DNA of 64,000 nucleotides from a virus: IMG/VR virus record IMGVR_UViG_3300028653_000010; one strand, 5' to 3'. Shown piece by piece: positions 18,121 to 26,672 of this stretch (position 1 is its first letter; each line of letters starts with the position of its first letter). The notes under the pieces were generated by a model. It saw only the letters and a program-made list of their open reading frames with translations, ran no database searches and was not told where the DNA came from. The position numbers and the translations under genes were made by a program.

Positions 18121-19527
18121 TTACACTCTTGGCAGGTTCTTTTCGGAATTTGTTCGTAGCTCTGAGAACGAAAAGTCGTTGGTAATCTTACCGTCCTCGT
18201 AGACAGTTATCATTCGACTGTTATTCTTGGCAGTTCCGAAGGGTACTGACTTGAATTGACCATCTTCAAAGATAAGGTCCAACTTACCCTTCTTCGAGGT
18301 CTTCCCAGGGTCAGTGACCGGGTCCTTGTATACGGGGATGACTTCTCCGGCCGTAGTGGTGATCTCAGAACACTTGAGAGCAAACTTCTGGGTGTCTCGA
18401 TTCACCAACTGCAAAAGGCCGCCGCCCATGCCGAAGGCGAGGTTCGATGCCGAGTAACCATTCAAGAGAATGACTCTCAGTATCTCAGCCAATGAGTCAA
18501 TATTGATGCCATCACCTTGGATGAGCCGGAAGTAGTCCGGGAGGATCTTGTACCCTCGCAGGTTCTTTTTCATCCCAAGCTTGCGTTCGAGAGTTTGCAA
18601 GCACTTCAACACTACCGAGGGTGGATCACCTGAATCAGGGCGAATAACGATACAACCACCAGAGGTCTTGACCTCTTCAAGTAATTCACCACACCACATG
18701 TTCTCGATAGCGTTGTAGATATCGTAACTGTCCGAGACGCAGGCCACGACTCGACCAGGCTTGCAGAACTTCTTGACCATGTTCCGATAGGCAAGTAGCT
18801 CACGCTCACGAGTCCACGAGGTGATACTGGAGTGCTCAGCGGCTGCAATCGAATTAGCAGCCATCTTCTCTCCGTAGTAGTCACGAGCAAACATGATCCC
18901 TTCCACGGTATCCGAGCCACGGAAGTTGATGAGGTGGGACATGCCGCCGATACCAGCCGCCTCGTGACAAGTAGCGCCACGGCCGCCGAAGTCATGGAGC
19001 TTGTAGTAGATCTCCGACCAAGGGTCGTTGGCGCTCTCCATCAGGGCTTCGAGGATGATCTTCTTGCAGTAGTAGCTGAGTGTTGCTACCGTGGTTGGGT
19101 ACCAATTGCGGACAATTTGAGTCTCCAACCAGCTTGCAGCCCAAAAGGTCTCGGGCCCACCGGTACTCTCCAAGGACAGAAGCATATTCCTGGTATGAAC
19201 TTCAGTCCCTTCCGCTACCGTCTTGATCCGTACCGGCCAGAACCCACCATTATCCACCATCTTACGAAAACCCATCTCGGGAAAGTAGTCTGGGTCATCC
19301 GTCCCGAAGTGGCTAATGAAGAAGTCCTTGGCTTCATCAACATGAGCGTGGGTGATCGGGATGCTCAAGTACTCCTTGTTGATGAATTGCTGGCCAAAGT
19401 AGATGGTGGTGCCGAACTGACCACCACGCGACTCCAAGTGATCAAACATCGAGGCAGTCCCCGGAGGATACTGCGGAGGGTGCGTGCTCTTGTAGCTATC
19501 TACTAAAAGTATTGGATTGATTCGCAT
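18121..19527 (-). CDS. nadV: nicotinamide phosphoribosyltransferase
   Basis: DSYKSTH, LHDFGGRG, GSDT, AAEHS, VSDSYD, IRPDSGDP, IQGDG, FGMGGGLLQ, KDPVTDPGKTSKKG. Confidence 0.93.
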   Translation of the reverse strand: MRINPILLVDSYKSTHPPQYPPGTASMFDHLESRGGQFGTTIYFGQQFINKEYLSIPITHAHVDEAKDFFISHFGTDDPDYFPEMGFRKMVDNGGFWPVRIKTVAEGTEVHTRNMLLSLESTGGPETFWAASWLETQIVRNWYPTTVATLSYYCKKIILEALMESANDPWSEIYYKLHDFGGRGATCHEAAGIGGMSHLINFRGSDTVEGIMFARDYYGEKMAANSIAAAEHSSITSWTRERELLAYRNMVKKFCKPGRVVACVSDSYDIYNAIENMWCGELLEEVKTSGGCIVIRPDSGDPPSVVLKCLQTLERKLGMKKNLRGYKILPDYFRLIQGDGINIDSLAEILRVILLNGYSASNLAFGMGGGLLQLVNRDTQKFALKCSEITTTAGEVIPVYKDPVTDPGKTSKKGKLDLIFEDGQFKSVPFGTAKNNSRMITVYEDGKITNDFSFSELRTNSEKNLPRV

Positions 19528-19536
19528 GGTGTCCTC

Positions 19537-20289
19537 TCATAACTCAAAGTTGAAGCCTTTTTCAACGGCTTTCTCGTATGCCTTGGTGTCAAAGCGGTAT
19601 AATCGTGCGGTCGGTCCAACTCTCGACTTGGCCTTACCCGCTTCGGTAAGAATCCCCATCGAGGTGATCTTGCGTCGGAAGTTCCGCTTATCGAGGGGCC
19701 TTTGCAGGATTGCCTCGTAGAGCTGCTGAAGCTGCCCAATGGTGAAGGCTCTCGGGAGTAGCTCGAACCCAAGTGGAGCCCACCGGACCTTGGCTTGAAG
19801 TCGCTTGATCGCGTAGTCCAGAATCTTGTTGTGGTCGAAGGCGAGCTTCATCCGGGTCAGCTTCCGGATAGGAATCCACTCGGCTCGGTCAGCATCGTCA
19901 CAGCCCTCGATGGTGTCGTGCTCATCCTTTCTAACGAGAGCAAAGTAGGCGACAGTGACATACCTCCCTCGTGGGTCTCGGTGAGGGTCAGCAAAGGTTC
20001 CTAGCTGTTCGAGGTACTCGAACTCGGCCTTGGTCTCCTCTCGAACCTCTCGCCGAATGGCATCCTCCAAACCCTCATCACTGATGATGTTCACGTGCCC
20101 GCCGGGGAATGCCCAAAGACCTGTAAATGGCTCCTCCCCTCGACGAATCATCAGGACTTTCAGAGGGTTGTCCTCATCCTTTGGGTCAAATCCAAAGACA
20201 ACCCCATCTACTGTGAGTGCCGCCATCGGGAACTCGTAGTGGTATCGAAGTTTTCGAGTGACTTTTGCCTTTTTCTTCTGTATTAGCAT
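19537..20289 (-). CDS. nrtR: NrtR family NUDIX-wHTH transcriptional regulator
   Basis: LTVDGVVF; Nudix box (PGG...EDAIRREVREET); RDPRGR; LAFDH; wHTH LQQLYEAIL...DKRNFRRK...ARLYRF. Start placed at ATG 20289. Confidence 0.9.
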   Translation of the reverse strand: MLIQKKKAKVTRKLRYHYEFPMAALTVDGVVFGFDPKDEDNPLKVLMIRRGEEPFTGLWAFPGGHVNIISDEGLEDAIRREVREETKAEFEYLEQLGTFADPHRDPRGRYVTVAYFALVRKDEHDTIEGCDDADRAEWIPIRKLTRMKLAFDHNKILDYAIKRLQAKVRWAPLGFELLPRAFTIGQLQQLYEAILQRPLDKRNFRRKITSMGILTEAGKAKSRVGPTARLYRFDTKAYEKAVEKGFNFEL

Positions 20290-20320
20290 GGGGAACCGTA
20301 TGTGAACCACTCGGCTCGTT

Positions 20321-20337
20321 AGTGTCAGCATGACACC
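20321..20337. promoter_or_regulatory. NrtR-type operator 1
   Basis: Perfect palindrome GTGTC-agcat-GACAC (GT-N7-AC core) between the promoter element and nrtR. Confidence 0.75.
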
Positions 20338-20353
20338 TTGTCGATGTCGGTTA

Positions 20354-20359
20354 TACACC
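20354..20359 (-). promoter_or_regulatory. GGTGTA element of the nrtR-nadV operon
   Basis: GGTGTATAAC on the minus strand, between the two operators. Confidence 0.6.
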
Positions 20360-20364
20360 AACTC

Positions 20365-20381
20365 AGTGTCAAGTCTACACT
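20365..20381. promoter_or_regulatory. NrtR-type operator 2
   Basis: AGTGTC-aagtc-TACACT (one mismatch), 44 bp centre-to-centre from operator 1. Confidence 0.65.
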
Positions 20382-20424
20382 AAATCAACCACCCACTGTT
20401 GATTACCGAATACGCGTAGTTCCT

Positions 20425-20685
20425 ATGAGTAACGTGCATACAAACACCGGAGTGCCCGTTGATCTACCGTGCCTTCGATGCGGGTCAACTGTAGAAGTAC
20501 TCATGGAATGCTCACGAACGAGTTACGATACTTCAAGAGTTCGTACTCGATACGAGAGAATCCTTGAACCTAACCCCCCAGACCCCAATGCTCCGATCCC
20601 CCTCTGTCGTGAATGCGCCGAAGACCATCATGAATACTGGGACGAGATGTGGAGCAATTACTACTCTGGTGTTGGTGTAATGTGA
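20425..20685 (+). CDS. small Zn-finger protein carrying TRYERI
   Basis: CLRC...TRYERIL...CREC...YWDEMW. Start ATG 20425. Confidence 0.65.
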   Translation: MSNVHTNTGVPVDLPCLRCGSTVEVLMECSRTSYDTSRVRTRYERILEPNPPDPNAPIPLCRECAEDHHEYWDEMWSNYYSGVGVM

Positions 20686-20691
20686 GGGACC

Positions 20692-21051
20692 ATGACTGAA
20701 GTCAAATTACTTGAAGAACTGGTGTCCAGTACTCCAAATGGCGCTCGGCACTTCACATTTGAGACCAAGGATACTGACGTACGATGGCAGGTGATGCTTG
20801 GGGACCTGGGAATTCTGGTCTGTGCTCACAAGCCCGGAGAGCTGAACAAGCTCTTCATCGCAGAACCCAACTTCGTTGAGCTTTATCGAGAGTTTGAGGC
20901 CCTAAAGGTTATACTCCTAACCAACGGGTTGAGCACAACGGAGCCAGTACTCTGTTGGATTCGAGGTCTCCTTCACGCCTTCATGGCTGAGAACCCAAAC
21001 CCGGTCAACTGCTCTGTGGTGATGACCGGAATGTCGTCGACTCGCCGCTAA
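20692..21051 (+). CDS. hypothetical protein
   Basis: GGTGTA at 20674-20679 and GAGG upstream. Confidence 0.65.
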   Translation: MTEVKLLEELVSSTPNGARHFTFETKDTDVRWQVMLGDLGILVCAHKPGELNKLFIAEPNFVELYREFEALKVILLTNGLSTTEPVLCWIRGLLHAFMAENPNPVNCSVVMTGMSSTRR

Positions 21052-21623
21052 AGCTTCGTGAGAGACTCGATGTAACGATTGACGTAGCTCTTGTCTGCAT
21101 CATTCGTAGGCTGGAAGGTACTCATCGTGATGAGTACCTTCCCTTCAAATAGGCAAGCCCGGTCTCGTGAGATATGGTTTGGACCCATCTTCAAGGTGTA
21201 GTCGAGACAGGGCATGGTGCCTAGTTTGAACTGGCGAGTAGCAATGACGGTGGCGCCCTTCAACCCGCTCTGAGAGCCGTCCTGACCTGGTAATAGCACC
21301 TCACCGTAAGGGTCAGTGGATACTTCAGGGCGGTCGTACCAGAGTAAGAGGTACATCGCCGACCCATCAATGCTCTTTGCGTGGGTCATGTGCCTCGGAG
21401 CCCCAAGCATAATGGGATCGTCTTCGGACTTGCAGTCTTTGGTTGGCCACAATAGCTTGAAACCAGAACTACCTGCGGATGATGTCGGCTCGCACATGGC
21501 CCAGACATCATCCTCTTGAACCACTCGGTCTTTGTCAAGCTTAGGGGTTGGAGTCCTAAACTGTAAGTACGAGATCCCACCGAGTAGGCAAACGGCGCTG
21601 AAGAGTATGAGTCCTTTTGACAT
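21048..21623 (-). CDS. membrane-anchored exported protein
   Basis: N-terminal TM segment; SD GGGAGG; promoter TTGACA-N17-CATATT at 21631-21659. Confidence 0.65.
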   Translation of the reverse strand: MSKGLILFSAVCLLGGISYLQFRTPTPKLDKDRVVQEDDVWAMCEPTSSAGSSGFKLLWPTKDCKSEDDPIMLGAPRHMTHAKSIDGSAMYLLLWYDRPEVSTDPYGEVLLPGQDGSQSGLKGATVIATRQFKLGTMPCLDYTLKMGPNHISRDRACLFEGKVLITMSTFQPTNDADKSYVNRYIESLTKL

Positions 21624-21662
21624 CCTCCCCAATATGTAGGGTTTCATGCGGGGTGTCAACCC

Positions 21663-23015
21663 CTAACCCAGGCTACTTGGCCATGAATCTGACCTAGAAG
21701 CTAATTCCCGAACAATAACCCCAAATTCATTCAAGGTTAAGCTCCTCTTCATCATGTTGACGGTATATGAGCAAAACACCACGTTCTCTGGGGTATACCC
21801 CAGAGTTGAATCAACCCTGTCTAGGGTTGCCTTGTGAGGGGACCCTGGCTCAAAAGTCAGGGCTTGGCCGCTGTAGAAGCATCTACCCTCTTGCTTGTCC
21901 CAAGTAGCTTGAATTGCTTCTAGGTTCAGGCTGAAGGGTATATCTCGGTAACTTGCAGAACTTTTACTAGCCTGTAGGACCCTAGCTATTGTGTCTCTTC
22001 TGGTGTGCTTCAGATAACGACCCTTGTTCAGATCTGATGCACAAGTTCGACATAACCCAGCTAGGCTATCCCAACTCTTCGAGTTGTAGTTGAACTCACC
22101 AAGTGGTAGCCAAGTGGTACAGAAGCTGCACCACTTGTGCGGCACACCCTCAACCACCTTATGACCAATCCTCTTAGGATCTTTCTTCCTGATTGGCACC
22201 CCGTAGTACTCCAAAATATTCCGCAAGCAGTAGGGGTCTTTGTGGTTTTCACCTAGAAGCCTAGCACTCTCTTCTAAGCTCTTACCACTTTGATACTCGG
22301 ATATGGCTTTCTGAGCACTACGATAGTCATACCGTAGTGCTGATTGAAACTTACCAGTAGCTATTAGCCTAGCTACCCTGTTTGGTAGTGATAGATCACC
22401 TGTGCGGACCCCAACGACTAAGTCTGGATTGAACTTAGACCGTTCAGTTTCTGAGGAGTGATTATCAGGCTCTTTATGAACATCAACCCGTACTACCTCA
22501 ATTATGCGCCCACCTACACTCATAACGCCTTGAAGCTCGTTCACGAAACGAGTGTCAGGGATTAGAACTCTCTTTGACTTACCGATCTTACCAAGAGTAA
22601 GACTTACCCAGTAATCATCTTGCGCCCCCCTAACGTATTCGGTTCCAAATCTCTGCATCACCTCACGTGGACTACAAGCCATCAATTCATGTTTTTCAAT
22701 ACTCAGACCAGTCTCGCTTTGCATTGCACTAACAAACAGGTCTAAATCGATAGGGGCTTCGAACCGAACTTCCTTCTTGTCAGGATCAATGAATGACTCA
22801 AGAGGTATACCGAAGATCTTGGAAGCCATCCTCTTCAGGTCATCAGCAAAGTGCAAAACCTTGAAGGTTTGACTCTGGACTTCCCACTTGCGTTGGGTGT
22901 ACCAATCGGCGCTATGCTTCAGAATTAGGCCACAGAAGGTATCCTTACCGTGCCCCTTTCCCCCTGAGATTCCGTACACCTCAATCGGTCGAGTTGAGTT
23001 CTTCCTGTGGGTCAT
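21663..23015 (-). CDS. deoxynucleoside monophosphate kinase fused to a Zn-finger/HNH-like endonuclease
   Basis: GGKGHGKDT, FADDLK, PREVMQRFGTE, DTRFVNE; C-terminal CSFC..CRTC, CFYSG, LDRVDSTLGYTPENVVFCSYTVNMMK. Confidence 0.8.
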   Translation of the reverse strand: MTHRKNSTRPIEVYGISGGKGHGKDTFCGLILKHSADWYTQRKWEVQSQTFKVLHFADDLKRMASKIFGIPLESFIDPDKKEVRFEAPIDLDLFVSAMQSETGLSIEKHELMACSPREVMQRFGTEYVRGAQDDYWVSLTLGKIGKSKRVLIPDTRFVNELQGVMSVGGRIIEVVRVDVHKEPDNHSSETERSKFNPDLVVGVRTGDLSLPNRVARLIATGKFQSALRYDYRSAQKAISEYQSGKSLEESARLLGENHKDPYCLRNILEYYGVPIRKKDPKRIGHKVVEGVPHKWCSFCTTWLPLGEFNYNSKSWDSLAGLCRTCASDLNKGRYLKHTRRDTIARVLQASKSSASYRDIPFSLNLEAIQATWDKQEGRCFYSGQALTFEPGSPHKATLDRVDSTLGYTPENVVFCSYTVNMMKRSLTLNEFGVIVRELASRSDSWPSSLG

Positions 23016-23061
23016 AACCCCAATACACCACAAGTAGTATATTGGGGTTGGCGCCTCGGAG

Positions 23062-24216
23062 TTACACCACGGTAAGGATCATCCCGAGGGTAACCCAGTC
23101 CACAAGTCGAGAGTCTTTGATACCATCAATGTCCCACACTTCGACAAAGGTTCGCTCAGTATCTTCTAAGACTCCATGTACGTTCCCAGCATCTGCCTTT
23201 AATTTACCTAGCTCCTCTTCACTCAGCCTAACCGAGAACAAGGTTGCAGACTGAGCTGCGAACGTCGCCATCTGTTGCCTAGTCTCACATAGTTGAAAGC
23301 GCTTAGGATCAATTTTCAGACCAGTCTCTTCCTCAATCTCATGGGCGATCACAGATTGCTGGTCCTCACCCGCATTGTGAGACGAACCCCCGGGAAGCTC
23401 GTATACGAACCCAGCCTCATTCCTCACTGGGCTCCGGAATTCACGAACAAGGACAATCTGGTTATCTCGATGCATGACACATGAGACAAAATCGGTCCTG
23501 CCCAACACGTACTCGTTCGACTTGAACCTCTTCTCTGATTCAACCCAAACGTTGGCGTGCAAACACCATGAGAAAACCTTATCAAGCTGTCTACCAACTC
23601 TAAATGTCCAGAGAACCTTGGCACTATCAAGGTGGTTTCCAACGCTCTTCTGGGCAACCAACCACTCTTGGAAGGTTGGGTGTGTCCAGACATGAAGGGG
23701 CACTTGAGTGTCACCCCCTTTACGGAGAGCACCATCACCAATCCGCTCAATGGCTTCCTGAAGTGTAGCCTCCAATGTACTGTAGTTGGGCACCTTCATT
23801 TTGGCAGCCATCCACTGAAGGTAGCGGACATGCTCCGCTCCAGTGGGAGTACCAAGGACACACTTCCCGGTGTCAGCCCAAAGACCCCACTCGATGTTGG
23901 TAGTCAGGGCCGGCAAGGTCTTCATGTCCCTGGGGACCCAGAAGACGATGATGTCGGCCTGATTGAGTGCGCTGGTTTCCCACTCAACCTGGTCGACGTA
24001 GTCCCCCGAGAACTTACCGTCACGGGGTTCTGGGACGAACACGTGTCCGTCGTAACCAAGCTTTTCTAGGAGTTCGAGAGCTTCAGGGCGCCAACTGGGT
24101 ACAACCAACTCCCGTGGGGTTGGACCAGCTAGGAAGATGCTCTTCACGATCTCAGTGGGCAATTCCTCTTTGGCGTAGACAACCTTGAGACCTGACTTCC
24201 ATACCTGGTTCGACAT
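23062..24216 (-). CDS. nucleoside 2-deoxyribosyltransferase-like domain fused to NUDIX hydrolase
   Basis: IFLAGPT, QVEWE..L..ADIIVFW, TTNIEWG; Nudix ELPGGS...HEIEEETGL. Confidence 0.8.
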   Translation of the reverse strand: MSNQVWKSGLKVVYAKEELPTEIVKSIFLAGPTPRELVVPSWRPEALELLEKLGYDGHVFVPEPRDGKFSGDYVDQVEWETSALNQADIIVFWVPRDMKTLPALTTNIEWGLWADTGKCVLGTPTGAEHVRYLQWMAAKMKVPNYSTLEATLQEAIERIGDGALRKGGDTQVPLHVWTHPTFQEWLVAQKSVGNHLDSAKVLWTFRVGRQLDKVFSWCLHANVWVESEKRFKSNEYVLGRTDFVSCVMHRDNQIVLVREFRSPVRNEAGFVYELPGGSSHNAGEDQQSVIAHEIEEETGLKIDPKRFQLCETRQQMATFAAQSATLFSVRLSEEELGKLKADAGNVHGVLEDTERTFVEVWDIDGIKDSRLVDWVTLGMILTVV

Positions 24217-24239
24217 GGAGTCCGGTTACACCGGACGTA

Positions 24240-24479
24240 TTACGGAGCGTCAGGTACTTCTTCGAGGTCGGTTGCCCTAGCAAACCTCACTGGGTCCTTG
24301 TGCCCGTAGGACTTACCATTCTCAGCCGTGACAGTCCAGCCCAATGGCATAGGGGACTTTGGTAGCCCATGAGCAGTATTGGATACAATCTTGACCCATA
24401 CTGACTTGACCTCGATGTAATCTCCAGTGGTCACGTCGTTGACATTGCAACTATAGGCCCTAGTCTTTAGTTTCAGCAT
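24240..24479 (-). CDS. hypothetical protein
   Basis: 79-aa ORF with SD AAGGAAG. Confidence 0.55.
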   Translation of the reverse strand: MLKLKTRAYSCNVNDVTTGDYIEVKSVWVKIVSNTAHGLPKSPMPLGWTVTAENGKSYGHKDPVRFARATDLEEVPDAP

Positions 24480-24491
24480 GAGATACTTCCT

Positions 24492-26150
24492 TCAGTCGTC
24501 GTCAAAGTTCACTGGAGTGATCTGGCCCTTCTCGACCTCTACCATGTCCTCAGTGACCTTACCGGCCTTCAAGGCATTGTCAAGAAGCTTGCTGATCATA
24601 CCCTTCATCCGCTCATAAGAAGCTGAGTGGTTCGGGGCGGGCAATCTCAGGACCAAGTACATTGAGTCCGTAAGTGTCAGCTCAAGAGGGTCCTTGTGTA
24701 GGATCTCTTTCGATGCTGGGCCTATTCCGTAGAGGTTAGGCCCATACTCCACAATATTCAGGTAAAGTTCTAGAATCTTGTCCTTGGGGAGCGCGCTCTC
24801 CAACGCTACGGTCAGGATGGCCTCCTGAAGCTTCCGTCCGAGGGTGCGGGTTCTGGATAGCCAGAGGTTCTTGGCGAGCTGCATGGTCAACGTGGAGCCA
24901 CCACGGAAGAACTTCCCGAGCTTGAGGTTGTCCTTCAGGGAGTTCTCGATAGCCTGAGGGATGATCCCCCGGTGGTACTGAAACCCCGGGTCCTCCGTCG
25001 TTGTCAGCGCCGTAGCCATGTTTGGTGATACCAGCTGCAGAGGAACCCACTCGGCCGTCCCCGGTCCAGCTTCACGATCGAACGGCTTACCATCCGGATG
25101 GTAAGCCACATACTTGAACTTACCTGATAGGGCTTGGATGAACTTCGGGGGTGGACCCTTGGCTAGAAGGCACTGATTCGAGATCCTGAGGCGAACATCC
25201 GGCTTTATAGTCAGGTCGATAGCAAAGTTGCCGGTGAGTTGCATCTCGGAGATGGGACCCTCCTTGAGTGCATCAGGTACGGCATCGAGCCACTTTTGAC
25301 AGGGCTCTTTTCCTTCAACATGCCAGCTTCTTAGGTCAACAGTAAGTAGCGCCCCCCTTGAACTGACTTGCACAGCCCTATCAAGAGGAGCACCAATATC
25401 CACTGGACCGATGACTACATCCTTGAGTGTCAGAGGGTCCTTGTAGATACGCTTGTGAGATCCTGTTACACTGGCGGCTGTAAACGTTACGAGATTATCT
25501 TTTAGCTCGACATGAAGCCCACTCATTGTGAATGGTTCCCGCTTCAAGAACTGAAAATCAGCTATCTTGGCAATAGGATCTACTCTACCTTGCCCCATAG
25601 TGATCAAGCCAATCGGGTGTCCAAAAAGCTGGGTAATAAAGGCACTACCGTTCTCAAAAGTGATCTGGTGAGTCGATAGATCAACGCAAACGTCGCTCAC
25701 TATGACCTTTGCAGGACCTACTTGAACACTGGCGATCTGCCCGCAAGCCTTACCAGGAACCATCGAGGCCCCAGTAATCTCAACCGTCCTTCCATCCATA
25801 CGAAGGAAAACATTGAGGTGGTGAGCAGTGACCTTGTAACCACTGGTCTTCTTAGGTCCATCATTCTTGTTGAGAGTGATGTCTAGTGTACCGCCATCGG
25901 CATCAATCGTTCGCGCTTTGTTACAAGCAAGAACTTGTTTGAGGTCGCCGTAGGTGTTGGCAATGTTGATGTGGACCCCGCTCAACTGAATGCAATCCAA
26001 ACTTCTCAACCTAGCTGAATCTACCTGAACCCCTTGGACCTTGTGGTTGATGTAGTACTTCAGCAGTAGGGGGCTGGCTAACCAACCCCCTAAAACCAAC
26101 AGTACTACGAAGCCAACGAAGAAGCAGATCCAGTTTAATCGAGTCTTCAC
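24492..26150 (-). CDS. monofunctional biosynthetic peptidoglycan transglycosylase (GT51)
   Basis: N-terminal TM; EDPGFQYHRG, GGSTLTMQLAKNL, RKLQE, KDKILELYLN. Confidence 0.88.
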   Translation of the reverse strand: MKTRLNWICFFVGFVVLLVLGGWLASPLLLKYYINHKVQGVQVDSARLRSLDCIQLSGVHINIANTYGDLKQVLACNKARTIDADGGTLDITLNKNDGPKKTSGYKVTAHHLNVFLRMDGRTVEITGASMVPGKACGQIASVQVGPAKVIVSDVCVDLSTHQITFENGSAFITQLFGHPIGLITMGQGRVDPIAKIADFQFLKREPFTMSGLHVELKDNLVTFTAASVTGSHKRIYKDPLTLKDVVIGPVDIGAPLDRAVQVSSRGALLTVDLRSWHVEGKEPCQKWLDAVPDALKEGPISEMQLTGNFAIDLTIKPDVRLRISNQCLLAKGPPPKFIQALSGKFKYVAYHPDGKPFDREAGPGTAEWVPLQLVSPNMATALTTTEDPGFQYHRGIIPQAIENSLKDNLKLGKFFRGGSTLTMQLAKNLWLSRTRTLGRKLQEAILTVALESALPKDKILELYLNIVEYGPNLYGIGPASKEILHKDPLELTLTDSMYLVLRLPAPNHSASYERMKGMISKLLDNALKAGKVTEDMVEVEKGQITPVNFDDD

Positions 26151-26210
26151 CGTAGCACCCTAACCCAAGTGCTGGATAACAGCAAGACGCTTTCGTACGA
26201 AGCAAAACCC

Positions 26211-26672
26211 TCAACTTGATTGGGATACTTTGGTTTTCCTGGCATGAAGTTCAGTGATGAGTTGGTTTCTGCCCTTGACAAGACAGGTTGAACGAATCCC
26301 AATCTTATCGTCTTGAGTGACCAGTACCAAGTTGAGGCTAGGTAGGTGAAAGTACATTCCGATGATGGGTCGTTCCCCAAGGCGAGCGAGAGCCTTGGGG
26401 ACATCCAGGAAACAACTAGGCCCGTTGTCAGCCTCCCCTGGTAGGATGAGACCTGGACCAGACCCACAACAAGTACCATCCTCTCGATAGTGCAAGACCC
26501 GGGGACCCCGCTTACCATCGCACTCGCACTCTACAAAGTATGGGATACCAGCATCCTCGGCTGTCTTTTTGATGGCTCCACACCAACCCTCAGCCATCAT
26601 GGAGAGGCCCTCAATGAAGGCTCTCTCCATGGCTAATGGTACTGAGTTGTCAGGTTTCTTCTGGTCAGGCAT
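26211..26672 (-). CDS. hypothetical protein
   Basis: ATG 26672 overlaps the vWA stop (TAATG). Confidence 0.6.
   Translation of the reverse strand: MPDQKKPDNSVPLAMERAFIEGLSMMAEGWCGAIKKTAEDAGIPYFVECECDGKRGPRVLHYREDGTCCGSGPGLILPGEADNGPSCFLDVPKALARLGERPIIGMYFHLPSLNLVLVTQDDKIGIRSTCLVKGRNQLITELHARKTKVSQSS

Noticed and set aside
18832-19506. Long antisense ORFs (here and over polA, dnaB, vWA and nitrilase)
   Set aside because: Shadow ORFs opposite well-supported genes, with no motifs or expression signals.
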